A stretch of 64,000 nucleotides of DNA from Bacteroidales bacterium (GTDB lineage Bacteria > Bacteroidota > Bacteroidia > Bacteroidales > UBA10428), in the NCBI GenBank assembly GCA_035258345.1, contig DATEVU010000105.1:4689-68688 (forward strand), written 5' to 3'. The position numbers and the translations under genes were made by a program. Below the pieces are notes generated by a model, which did not search any database, was not told where the DNA came from, and was given only the letters and a program-made list of their open reading frames with translations. Positions 19,625 to 27,635 of the stretch are shown piece after piece; the first letter of the stretch is position 1; each line of letters opens with the position of its first letter.

Positions 19625-21505
19625 ATGTATGATATTTTAGAGCTTAATAAAAAACTACTCCCTGAGCTCAAGGAAATTGCAAAGCAATTGAACGTTAAAA
19701 AGGCAGATACTCTTCGAAAACAAGACCTGATCTACAAGATCCTTGATGAACAGGCAATCGTGGCCACCGAAGCCAAAAAACTTGACAAGAAACCTGAAAT
19801 TGCTTACAATCCCGATCACAAAAGAAGGGGACGCCGTCCCCGCAGGATCGAAAACGACAGGCCGGAATTAACTGACAGCCGGTTCGACAATAAGTCGGAT
19901 GTTCGTTCCGATGTCACTACCGATCTCCGTCCCGATTTCAGGACGCCTGACGCACGACCTGGTGACAAACAGGCACAACAGTTTAAGCCCAGAGAGAACA
20001 GAGGTTTCATAAACCGGTCAAATGATTTTAAGAAGAGGCCCGATGATTTCAACAAAAAGAACGAATTTGTAAAATTTGAAAAAAATGAACCGGTAAAAAG
20101 CCGGGATGAATTGCTCGATAAGACAATCAGCATAATAGATGATGAAAAAGGCATAAAAAATACCGAATATGATGAGTTTATTCCTCATGAGCCCGATATC
20201 GAGGAACCCATCATCACAGAGGATGAGCACGAAAAGGAGCAGGAAAGGGACCATGAAAATCAGCAGCAAATTCAGCAGGAAAGCGGGATCCAGCAGATTC
20301 AGCAGGGTGAGCCTAAGCCAAGGGTTGAACAGCCCTTCAGGCCCCCGTTTGAAAAAAGGGCTGTAGAAAAGGTTCCTGAATTTGATGGTATCATTACCTG
20401 CCAGGGTGTTCTGGAAATTATGCCCGATGGTTATGGCTTCCTCCGTTCGTCAGATTACAATTACCTCAATTCACCCGATGATATTTATGTTTCACAGTCG
20501 CAAATAAAACTGTTCGGTCTTAAAACAGGTGATACGGTTACCGGAACGATCAGGCCTCCTAAGGAAGGAGAAAAGTATTTTCCGCTTATTAAGGTGGTTG
20601 AAATTAACGGACGCAATCCCGATTATATTCGTGACAGGGTGCCTTTTGATTACCTTACCCCACTTTTCCCAAATGAAAAATTCACACTGATCAAGCAGGG
20701 TGAAAAAACCAATTTATCGGTACGGGTCGTGGATATGTTTTCTCCCATTGGAAAAGGTCAGAGGGGACTGATCGTTGCGCAGCCTAAAACCGGTAAAACA
20801 ATTCTGTTGCAGGATATAGCCAATGCAATAGCTGCCAATCATCCCGAAGCATACCTGATCATATTGCTTATAGACGAGCGCCCCGAAGAAGTAACAGAAA
20901 TGGCCAGGAATGTAAGGGGAGAAGTAGTATCCTCCACCTTTGATGAACCTGCAGAACGGCATGTACGCGTGGCGAATATCGTTATTGAGAAAGCCAAGCG
21001 ACTGGTTGAGTGCGGGCATGATGTGGTTATCCTGCTGGATTCAATAACCAGACTTGCCAGGGCATTTAACACCATAGCCCCGGCTTCCGGAAAGGTTTTA
21101 TCAGGCGGTGTTGATTCCAATGCCCTGCAAAAACCCAAGCGGTTCTTTGGAGCTGCCAGGAATATTGAAAATGGCGGTTCTCTGACCATTATTGCCACAG
21201 CTCTAACCGATACAGGCTCCAAAATGGATGATGTGATCTTCGAGGAATTCAAGGGAACAGGCAACATGGAACTCCAGCTTGACCGGAAACTTTCCAACCG
21301 GAGGATCTATCCATCCATTGACATAACTGCATCGAGCACGCGCCGTGAGGATCTTTTGCTGGACAGGAATTTTCTGAATAAAATATGGGTATTGCGAAAA
21401 TACCTCACCGATATGAATTCGGTTGAAGCCATGGAGTTCCTGCGTGACAGGCTGGTGAAAACCGATTCAAATGAGGAGTTTCTGCTCTCTATGAACGGTG
21501 AATAA
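19625..21505 (+). CDS. rho: Transcription termination factor Rho with a large N-terminal insertion
   Basis: N-terminal helix bundle, an RNA-binding OB/CSD segment ([14 protein letters not shown]), Walker A (AQPKTGKT) and the C-terminal RecA fold. It is 626 aa against the ~420-aa canonical Rho. Confidence 0.95.
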   Translation: MYDILELNKKLLPELKEIAKQLNVKKADTLRKQDLIYKILDEQAIVATEAKKLDKKPEIAYNPDHKRRGRRPRRIENDRPELTDSRFDNKSDVRSDVTTDLRPDFRTPDARPGDKQAQQFKPRENRGFINRSNDFKKRPDDFNKKNEFVKFEKNEPVKSRDELLDKTISIIDDEKGIKNTEYDEFIPHEPDIEEPIITEDEHEKEQERDHENQQQIQQESGIQQIQQGEPKPRVEQPFRPPFEKRAVEKVPEFDGIITCQGVLEIMPDGYGFLRSSDYNYLNSPDDIYVSQSQIKLFGLKTGDTVTGTIRPPKEGEKYFPLIKVVEINGRNPDYIRDRVPFDYLTPLFPNEKFTLIKQGEKTNLSVRVVDMFSPIGKGQRGLIVAQPKTGKTILLQDIANAIAANHPEAYLIILLIDERPEEVTEMARNVRGEVVSSTFDEPAERHVRVANIVIEKAKRLVECGHDVVILLDSITRLARAFNTIAPASGKVLSGGVDSNALQKPKRFFGAARNIENGGSLTIIATALTDTGSKMDDVIFEEFKGTGNMELQLDRKLSNRRIYPSIDITASSTRREDLLLDRNFLNKIWVLRKYLTDMNSVEAMEFLRDRLVKTDSNEEFLLSMNGE

Positions 21506-21516
21506 TCGTTCTAAAA

Positions 21517-21547
21517 CAAAAAATGCGGGATAATCCCGCATTTTTTG
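21517..21547 (+). terminator. Intrinsic terminator after rho
   Basis: 8-bp stem ATGCGGGA / TCCCGCAT (21523-21530 / 21534-21541), loop TAA, followed by TTTTTT and preceded by an A run. Confidence 0.8.
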
Positions 21548-21650
21548 TTTGATGTCTGGCGGATAAGCCCGCGTCAGCACCAATTATTTAAAATGAAAAT
21601 GAATAGTATTCCTATTGTGAAAACAATAGCAGAATATAGCCGATTTATTG

Positions 21651-21658
21651 TATTTTTG
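21651..21658 (+). promoter_or_regulatory. -7 promoter box TATTTTTG upstream of nifJ
   Basis: Exact TAnnTTTG 51 nt before the ATG at 21709. Confidence 0.4.
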
Positions 21659-21708
21659 TAAATTCTTTTAAAATACTAATATAATATACTAATAATAAGC
21701 GAGTTAAG

Positions 21709-24700
21709 ATGAGCACAAAGAAAAATTTTGTAACTTGTGACGGTAACTACGCTGCTGCTCATGTAGCCTACATGTTTAGTGAAGTTGCAGCTATTTACCC
21801 CATTACCCCTTCTTCAACCATGGCTGAATATGTTGATGAGTGGGCAGCCAATGGAAAGAAAAACATCTTTGGAGAAGAGGTCAGGTTAATTGAAATGCAA
21901 TCTGAGGCTGGTGCTGCAGGAGCGCTGCATGGTGCACTTCAGGCAGGTTCGCTTGCTACCACTTTCACCGCCTCGCAGGGATTGTTGCTGATGATTCCCA
22001 ATATGTACAAAATATCCGGCGAATTGCTTCCTGCCGTATTGCATGTTTCGGCACGCAGTCTGGCTGCCCAGGCACTTTCTATTTTTGGCGACCATAGCGA
22101 TGTGATGAGCACGAGGCATACAGGCTTTGCCATGCTGGCGACCAGCAGCGTGCAGGAAGTGATGGATCTTGCTGCCGTAGCACACCTTACAGCCATTAGA
22201 TCAAGGATTCCCTTTCTTCATTTTTTTGACGGATTCAGAACATCCGCCGAGATACAGAAAATTGAGGTACTTGATATGGAAGACCTTGCCGGGTTGCTGG
22301 ATTATAAGTCGCTCCAGGAGTTCAGGGACAGGGCGTTGAATCCTGATCATCCTGTAACAAGGGGAACTGCTCAGAATCCTGACATATACTTTCAATCCCG
22401 GGAAGCAGCAAATCCTTTCTATGATGTTTTGCCTGATCTGGTGGCGGGTTACATGAAGGATATGTCGAAACTTACCGGTCGCGATTATGCTCCGTTCCGC
22501 TATTTTGGCGCTTCCGATGCAGAAAATATAGTTGTAGCCATGGGCTCGGTCACGGAAACCACCCGCGAGGTTGTTGATTACCTGACTGCAAAAGGTGAAA
22601 AGGTTGGTGTAATCGTGGTACATTTGTACCGGCCATTTTCGGCCAGGCACCTGTTGAAGGTATTGCCGAAATCTGTGAAGAAAATAACGGTACTTGACAG
22701 GACCAAGGAACCGGGGGCCAACGGAGATCCTTTGTACCTCGACATTAAGGATGTACTTTACGGAAGTGAAAATGCACCCATGGTAATCGGCGGGCGATAT
22801 GGTCTTAGTTCAAAAGACACCACCCCCGTTCAGATAATCTCTGTTTTTGAAAACATGGCATCCAGGCAGCCAAAAATGCATTTCACCGTGGGCATTGAAG
22901 ATGACGTAACCCATTTGTCACTTCCTGTTAAGCCCGAAATAAGCATTTCCGATAAGAGTACGTACGAAGCCAAGTTTTATGGACTGGGTTCCGATGGCAC
23001 GGTTGGTGCCAACAAAAATTCAATCAAGATCATCGGAGATTCCACCGATAAATATGCTCAGGCATACTTTGCTTATGATTCAAAGAAATCCGGAGGAGTT
23101 ACGGTTTCACATCTCCGGTTCGGAGATATACCCATTCGTTCACCCTACCTGGTGGGCACTCCTGATTTTGTAGCCTGCCATGTCCCTTCCTATCTCGAGA
23201 AATATGATATGCTAAGGGGAATAAAAAAAGGTGGAACGTTCCTGTTAAACAGCATCTGGAATGCGGAGGAAACGAAAAAGAAACTTCCGGATAACATTAA
23301 GAAATGTCTGGCTGAGAACTCGATCAACTTTTATATTATCAATGCTACCAAAATTGCCGAGGAAATTGGCCTGGGTAACCGTACCAATTCCATCATGCAG
23401 TCGGCATTTTTTAAGATCGCCAATATTATTCCTTTCGAGAATGCCATGACGCAGATGAAAAGGGCCATTATTAAAACCTTTGGCCGAAAAGGAGAGGAAA
23501 TTGTGAATATGAACATTGCCGCAATTGATCGTGGAAGTGACGTTGAAAAGGTAGAAATTCCGAAAGATTGGGCAGCCATTGAAATTAAAATTCAAAAAGA
23601 CACCCGCAGTATTCCTGAGTTTATAAAGCAAGTTGTTGAACCCATAAACAGTCTGAAGGGTGATGATCTTAAAGTCAGCGCCTTCAAAGGCCGCGAAGAC
23701 GGCACCTTCCCTTCCGGAACCACCGTATTTGAAAAACGCGGGATCGCTGTGAATGTACCCGAATGGATATCCTCCAACTGCATACAGTGTAACCAGTGTG
23801 CCTTTGTTTGTCCCCATGCCGCCATCAGACCATTCCTGCTCGATGAAAAGGAATTGAAAAATGCGCCGGTTGATACCGTTACCCTGAAAGCAAACGGTAA
23901 GGGATTTGAAGCGCTGCAATACCGGATCCAGGTGAGTGCGCTCGATTGCACGGGTTGCGGTGTGTGTGCTGAAGTTTGCCCTTCGAAAGAGAAATCTCTT
24001 GTGATGAAATCATTGGGTACCCAAAACGCTGAAATTTCACGTTGGGAATATATGACCGAAAAGGTTTCACAAAAGGATAACCTGGTGGAAATTGACAAAT
24101 CCGTTAAAAACAGTCAGTTTGCACAGCCTTTGTTCGAGTTTTCAGGAGCTTGCGGCGGTTGTGGTGAAACACCCTATATTAAACTGGTAACCCAATTGTT
24201 CGGCGACAGAATGATCGTGGCAAATGCCACAGGATGTTCTTCCATTTATGGCGGATCTGCGCCATCAACTCCTTATTGCACAAACAAGGAAGGTAAAGGA
24301 CCGGCCTGGGCAAATTCACTTTTTGAGGACAATGCGGAATATGGCTTTGGAATTGCTATGGGCGCCAACAAATTGCAGGAAAGGATTGCCAGGAAAATGA
24401 GGGAATCTATCGAAAAAAATCCCGGATTGTCGGAAATTTCAATAGAATCATTCAAGGAATGGCTTGCTTCAAGGAATGATGCACATGCATCAAAAGCCGC
24501 TTCATTTAAGGTGGTTGAAGCCCTTTCAAAAGAAAAGAACCCGGTTGCCAAAGAGATACTCGACCTGCAGCAATACCTGATTAAGAAATCTGTTTGGGTA
24601 TTTGGAGGTGACGGCTGGGCTTATGATATCGGTTACGGCGGTCTGGATCATGTCCTGGCCTCAGGCGAAAATATCAATGTACTTGTTTTGGACACGGAGG

Positions 24701-25257
24701 TTTATTCAAACACAGGCGGTCAGGCTTCAAAATCAACCCCCATTGGTGCGGTTGCAAAATTTGCCGCTTCCGGCAAACGGGTAAGAAAAAAAGACCTAGG
24801 TGCGATGGCCATGACTTACGGTTATGTATATGTGGCGCAGGTAGCCATGGGTGCAAGCCAAAATCAGTATTTAAAAGCCCTGCGGGAAGCCGAAGCTTAT
24901 CCGGGCCCATCCCTGATCATTGCTTATTCCCCCTGTATCAACCATGGTCTGCGCTTCGGAATGGACAAATCCCAGGAAGAACAAAAACTTGCCGTTGAAG
25001 CCGGTTATTGGCATCTCTGGAGATATAATCCGCTGCTGGAGAAAGAGGGTAAGAATCCGTTTGAACTCGATTCCAAAGAGCCCGACTGGAGTAAATTCCA
25101 GGATTTCCTGAACAGCGAGGTACGGTATACTTCACTCAAAAAGGCTTTCCCGAAAGAGGCCCTGGAATTGTTCGCTGCCGCCGAGCAAAATGCTCTTTGG
25201 CGCTACAACAGTTACAAGAGACAAGCCGTTTTGGATTATTCGACACTGAGTAAATAA
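21709..25257 (+). CDS. nifJ: Pyruvate:ferredoxin (flavodoxin) oxidoreductase
   Basis: 1182 aa single-chain PFOR with two 4Fe-4S motifs (CIQCNQCAFVCP, CTGCGVCAEVCP) and a TPP-binding region (GGDGWAYDIGYGGLDH). Confidence 0.95.
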   Translation: MSTKKNFVTCDGNYAAAHVAYMFSEVAAIYPITPSSTMAEYVDEWAANGKKNIFGEEVRLIEMQSEAGAAGALHGALQAGSLATTFTASQGLLLMIPNMYKISGELLPAVLHVSARSLAAQALSIFGDHSDVMSTRHTGFAMLATSSVQEVMDLAAVAHLTAIRSRIPFLHFFDGFRTSAEIQKIEVLDMEDLAGLLDYKSLQEFRDRALNPDHPVTRGTAQNPDIYFQSREAANPFYDVLPDLVAGYMKDMSKLTGRDYAPFRYFGASDAENIVVAMGSVTETTREVVDYLTAKGEKVGVIVVHLYRPFSARHLLKVLPKSVKKITVLDRTKEPGANGDPLYLDIKDVLYGSENAPMVIGGRYGLSSKDTTPVQIISVFENMASRQPKMHFTVGIEDDVTHLSLPVKPEISISDKSTYEAKFYGLGSDGTVGANKNSIKIIGDSTDKYAQAYFAYDSKKSGGVTVSHLRFGDIPIRSPYLVGTPDFVACHVPSYLEKYDMLRGIKKGGTFLLNSIWNAEETKKKLPDNIKKCLAENSINFYIINATKIAEEIGLGNRTNSIMQSAFFKIANIIPFENAMTQMKRAIIKTFGRKGEEIVNMNIAAIDRGSDVEKVEIPKDWAAIEIKIQKDTRSIPEFIKQVVEPINSLKGDDLKVSAFKGREDGTFPSGTTVFEKRGIAVNVPEWISSNCIQCNQCAFVCPHAAIRPFLLDEKELKNAPVDTVTLKANGKGFEALQYRIQVSALDCTGCGVCAEVCPSKEKSLVMKSLGTQNAEISRWEYMTEKVSQKDNLVEIDKSVKNSQFAQPLFEFSGACGGCGETPYIKLVTQLFGDRMIVANATGCSSIYGGSAPSTPYCTNKEGKGPAWANSLFEDNAEYGFGIAMGANKLQERIARKMRESIEKNPGLSEISIESFKEWLASRNDAHASKAASFKVVEALSKEKNPVAKEILDLQQYLIKKSVWVFGGDGWAYDIGYGGLDHVLASGENINVLVLDTEVYSNTGGQASKSTPIGAVAKFAASGKRVRKKDLGAMAMTYGYVYVAQVAMGASQNQYLKALREAEAYPGPSLIIAYSPCINHGLRFGMDKSQEEQKLAVEAGYWHLWRYNPLLEKEGKNPFELDSKEPDWSKFQDFLNSEVRYTSLKKAFPKEALELFAAAEQNALWRYNSYKRQAVLDYSTLSK

Positions 25258-25282
25258 CAACCAGGTATTTTGGATACAGCAG

Positions 25283-25320
25283 AGACCTCGTCTTTTTTGG
25301 CGGGGTCTTTGCTTATTTTG
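25283..25320 (+). terminator. Intrinsic terminator after nifJ
   Basis: AGACCTCGTC (25283-25292) pairs with GGCGGGGTCT (25299-25308) for 10 bp, counting two G-U pairs that exist only in plus-strand RNA. The loop is TTTTTT and a T-rich tail follows. Confidence 0.65.
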
Positions 25321-25328
25321 TAACTTTG
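25321..25328 (+). promoter_or_regulatory. -7 promoter box TAACTTTG upstream of ruvX
   Basis: Exact TAnnTTTG 19 nt before ATG 25347. This supports the ATG over the TTG at 25326. Confidence 0.45.
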
Positions 25329-25346
25329 CATAAATTTTATCTGGTC

Positions 25347-25790
25347 ATGGGAAGAATTGTTGCACTCGATTATGGACGGAAACGTACGGGTATTGCAGCC
25401 ACCGATATTTTGCAGATGATAGCGAACAGCATTACCACCTTACACTCAGCTGAAGTGATACCCTTCCTGGTGGCCTATGCTGCAAAGGAACAGGTAGATT
25501 CATTTGTGGTGGGTTATCCGAGGCAAATGAACAATACGTTGTCAGAGTCTGTTAAATATATTGATCCCTTTATTGCCTTGTTGAGAAAGACATTTCCTGA
25601 CAAAGAGGTATTTTTGGCGGATGAACGCTTTACATCCAAAATGGCCGTACAAACCATGATTTCCGGAGGTGTAAAAAAGAAAGACAGGCAAAACAAAGCC
25701 CTGATCGATGCCATAAGCGCAACCATCATACTGCAGTCATTTCTTGAACAGAAGGAAATAACTAAAAAACGAATAGCGAAAAACGAATAG
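25347..25790 (+). CDS. ruvX: Holliday-junction resolvase-like / pre-16S rRNA nuclease YqgF (RuvX)
   Basis: The N-terminus MGRIVALDYGRKRTGIA is typical of the family. About 147 aa. Confidence 0.85.
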   Translation: MGRIVALDYGRKRTGIAATDILQMIANSITTLHSAEVIPFLVAYAAKEQVDSFVVGYPRQMNNTLSESVKYIDPFIALLRKTFPDKEVFLADERFTSKMAVQTMISGGVKKKDRQNKALIDAISATIILQSFLEQKEITKKRIAKNE

Positions 25791-25832
25791 TGAAAACCCC
25801 AAACCTTAACTCTCAAATCTCAAACTTAAATA
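25770..25832 (+). repeat. Degenerate heptanucleotide tandem array (9 units)
   Basis: Units CGAATAG CGAAAAA CGAATAG TGAAAAC CCCAAAC CTTAACT CTCAAAT CTCAAAC TTAAATA. It covers the last ruvX codons, the TAG TGA stops and the whole spacer up to the def ATG. Confidence 0.6.
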
Positions 25833-25836
25833 TTCA

Positions 25837-26391
25837 ATGATCTACCCGATTGTAGTATACGGTTCGCCGGTCCTCCGCCAGATTGCAAAAGACATTGATG
25901 CCCGGTATCCTGATCTTGGTAAGTTGCTGGCAGATATGTACGAAACTATGTACACAGCTGACGGAATGGGGTTGGCTGCTCCCCAGATCGGGAAATCCGT
26001 TCGTGTTTTTGTTATGGATGCAACTACACTTGAGGGTGAAGATCCCTCGCTCAAAGACTTTAAAAAAGCCTTTATCAACCCCCATATTATGGAACTCAAC
26101 GGTGAATCGGTGGTTATGAATGAAGGCTGTCTCAGCCTGCCGAAATTGCGGGAAGATGTCGACCGCCACAACAAGGTCAGAATTCAATATTATGATGAGA
26201 ACTGGAAGTTTTTCGATGAGGTGCACGAAGGTCTGAAAGCCCGTATTATTCAGCATGAATACGACCACCTCAACGGCATCCTTTTTATCGACCGCATTCC
26301 GGCAATCCGGAAAAAACTGATCAAGGGGAAATTGAATGACATCACCAAGGGAAAGGTGAATATCTTTTACAAAACCAAATTGATGAAATAA
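25837..26391 (+). CDS. def: Peptide deformylase
   Basis: Motifs GLAAPQIG, EGCLS and QHEYDHLNG. Confidence 0.95.
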   Translation: MIYPIVVYGSPVLRQIAKDIDARYPDLGKLLADMYETMYTADGMGLAAPQIGKSVRVFVMDATTLEGEDPSLKDFKKAFINPHIMELNGESVVMNEGCLSLPKLREDVDRHNKVRIQYYDENWKFFDEVHEGLKARIIQHEYDHLNGILFIDRIPAIRKKLIKGKLNDITKGKVNIFYKTKLMK

Positions 26392-26397
26392 TCAGAA

Positions 26398-26419
26398 ACC
26401 CCGCCTTCTTAGACGGGGT
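26398..26419. terminator. Hairpin between convergent genes (possible bidirectional terminator)
   Basis: ACCCCG (26398-26403) pairs with CGGGGT (26414-26419), followed by CTTTG. It lies between the def stop (26391) and the stop of the minus-strand gene (26428). Confidence 0.45.
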
Positions 26420-26427
26420 CTTTGCGA

Positions 26428-27441
26428 TCAAACTGCCGGATATTTCTTAAAAATACTTTCTGATTTCAGCAGCAGATCAATATACTGCGCTCTTTTGTAT
26501 ATGAAAGGATCATTAAGCTTCTTGTTGGAGAGTTTGCCCCTGAAATCTTCCAGTTTTTTGTAATTTTTTGATTCCATCCAGGTCTGCAGTTCATTCAGCA
26601 TCGTGGCGATATATTCAACCTTGTTCTTATAAACAGTGCTTACGACCTGCACACAATCGGCCCCAGCGAGGATCATTTTTACCACATCGGCGCCGGAATA
26701 AATACCAGTATTGCTGCAAACCGATCCGGTGATGGTTCCGTACAACAATCCTGCAAAACGAAGCGTGAGTTTGTTATCCTCGGGATTGCTCAGGTTGAAA
26801 GGCGAAAAATGCATTTCTTTCTCAATATCAATGTCGGGCTGAAATAACCGGTTAAACAGTACAAAACCATCGACACCGAGCTTATCCATTTGTGAAACAA
26901 TGTTTAACGGATTGGCATAAAATGGACTCAGCTTCACACTTATGGGAAGCTTAACCTTTGATCGTACCTCGGTAATTACTTCCAGTTGCAGATTATTGAC
27001 ATCCCTGCCGTCTTTTCTGGCGTCCTGGGGAACAAAGAAAAAATTGAACTCCAGGGCATCCACCCCGGTTTGCTCGATCAGTTGGGCATATTCAACCCAC
27101 GATTCCTTATATATGGCATTCAGACTGGCAATTACAGGTATTTTAACACTTTCCTTTGCCTTCCTGAGATTTATCAAATGTTCTTCAGGTCCGGCATGCT
27201 TAATGGAAGGAAACAATTTCACCATTTCGGCATTCCGTTCATTGTATTCCTCCAGTTCATCATCCAGTTGAGCTGCTTCAAGCTGAATCTGCTCTTCGAA
27301 AAGTGATTTGTAAACAATAGCAGCAGCACCGGCCTGTTCAGCCCTTTTTATGTTATCGGTTTTGGTAACAAGATTACTTGCGCCAAGAATTATCGGGTTT
27401 TTCAGTTCAAGCCCAAGATACTTCGTTTTAAGATCGGCCAT
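26428..27441 (-). CDS. Dihydroorotate dehydrogenase-like (class 1 DHOD / PreA-like TIM-barrel flavoprotein)
   Basis: 337 aa. N-terminus YLGLELKNPIILGASNL and later IPVIASLN, FNLSNP and SNTGIYSGADVVKMILAGADCVQVVS resemble the FMN-binding barrel of DHOD family 1. Confidence 0.65.
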   Translation of the reverse strand: MADLKTKYLGLELKNPIILGASNLVTKTDNIKRAEQAGAAAIVYKSLFEEQIQLEAAQLDDELEEYNERNAEMVKLFPSIKHAGPEEHLINLRKAKESVKIPVIASLNAIYKESWVEYAQLIEQTGVDALEFNFFFVPQDARKDGRDVNNLQLEVITEVRSKVKLPISVKLSPFYANPLNIVSQMDKLGVDGFVLFNRLFQPDIDIEKEMHFSPFNLSNPEDNKLTLRFAGLLYGTITGSVCSNTGIYSGADVVKMILAGADCVQVVSTVYKNKVEYIATMLNELQTWMESKNYKKLEDFRGKLSNKKLNDPFIYKRAQYIDLLLKSESIFKKYPAV

Positions 27442-27635
27442 TTTATATGTTTTTATTGTTTAAATTCAGGAAAATGCCATTGGCAGTCGCAAATTTATTA
27501 ATTTAATTTATTAAAAAAATCTTATTCCAATTTATGCTGAACTGAATTTTCAACTTTAAGTTCGTTTGCTTTTACAATTGTTAAAAATGAATTAATTTTC
27601 AGGTAATTGTTGTTTGCAATTTTTTAAGGCATTGC

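Noticed and set aside
27475-27485. Palindrome TGCCATTGGCA, considered as a sigma-54 (-24 TGGCA) promoter or operator upstream of comEC
   Set aside because: No GC element lies at the required 10-nt spacing after the GG. An 11-nt palindrome in an AT-rich spacer is weak evidence on its own.
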